A stretch of DNA of 38,678 nucleotides. It comes from Octopus bimaculoides (lineage: Eukaryota). Below, piece after piece: positions 38,066 through 38,678 of the stretch. The notes below the pieces were generated by a model, which saw only the letters and a list, made by a program, of their open reading frames with translations, had not been told where the DNA came from and searched no databases. The position numbers and the translations under genes are program-made. The number at the start of each line of letters is the position of its first letter. Within the stretch, counting starts at the first letter, position 1. The stretch covers positions 36,664,993 through 36,703,670 of the forward strand of contig NC_068998.1 in assembly GCF_001194135.2 (NCBI RefSeq), given 5' to 3'.

Positions 38066-38393
38066 ATCTTCGATTTTATATTAATATGTATGGCTGTATG
38101 TGTGTATGCATGTGTGTGTGTGTGTGTGTGTGTGTGTGCTTTAGCGATTGAGTGTGTCCTTGTGCGCGTGCGTAAATGTGTATGTGTCTGTGTGTTCGTG
38201 TCTGATGTTGGCTCAAGCGCCAGTTGTACGAAACCGTGACACGAAAATGTAAAACACGGTCTGTTTACCTTACACACATCTAAACACAAAGCAAACACCA
38301 CGCAGTTTTCAACTTCAAACTGTACCGGTGACTGCCATGTTTTGTGTCTCAGCATAAACAAATGTAAGAACATGCATGCGTGTATGAGCGTGC

Positions 38394-38432
<39 letters not shown>

Positions 38433-38434
<2 letters not shown>

Positions 38435-38678
38435 GCGTAGGTGTGGCTGTGTGGTAAGTAGCTTGCTTACCAACTACATCGGTCCGGGTTCAGTCCCACT
38501 GCGTAGCACCTTGGGCAAGTGTCTTCTACAATAGCCTCGGGCCGACCAAAGCCTTGTGAGTCGATTTGGTAGAAGGAAACTGAAAGAAGCCTGTCGTATA
38601 TATGTATATGTATATATATGTGTGTGTGTGTGTTTTTGTATCTGTGTTTTCCCCTCCCCGCCAACATTGCTTGTTTAA
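38433..38678 (+). mobile_element. SINE family A, 5' part (cut by window edge)
   Basis: aggcgtaggtgtggctgtgtggtaagtagcttgcttacc...gggttcagtcccactgcg...gaaactgaaagaagcctgtcg. Confidence 0.88.

Noticed and set aside
37153-38373. Poly-Asp/Gly, poly-His and poly-Ile ORFs
   Set aside because: All frames of a CAT/CAC microsatellite; no coding evidence.

Overview
Eukaryotic, AT-rich, microsatellite-dense genomic DNA with 8 assembly gaps (1116-1125, 6373-7226, 9952-10308, 16341-16508, 17966-18118, 33614-33931, 35316-35872, 37216-37562). The SINE families resemble those I recall from coleoid cephalopod (Octopus-like) genomes; this is an inference, as no search was run. Only one host coding exon is supportable: 32063-32983 (+), the probable first coding exon of a rutabaga/ADCY1-type transmembrane adenylyl cyclase (TM1-TM5). 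It has an unusually long (~120 aa) TM3-TM4 loop, and its splice donor is triplicated by a 122-bp tandem repeat. The rest is a fossil-transposon landscape: a DD37D (maT-type) and a DD34E (Tc1-type) transposase pseudogene, a near full-length decayed Penelope-like element (RT + GIY-YIG) with a nested SINE, a LINE RT fragment, many copies of three tRNA-type SINE families, and several foldback elements. Notable non-coding signals are a near-complete type I hammerhead ribozyme fold (11187-11243, minus), a perfect 70-bp-arm palindromic insertion with a 13-bp TSD carrying half a hammerhead core, two further long hairpins, and two candidate upstream/first exons. Most ORF-track entries are microsatellite or N-gap artefacts.
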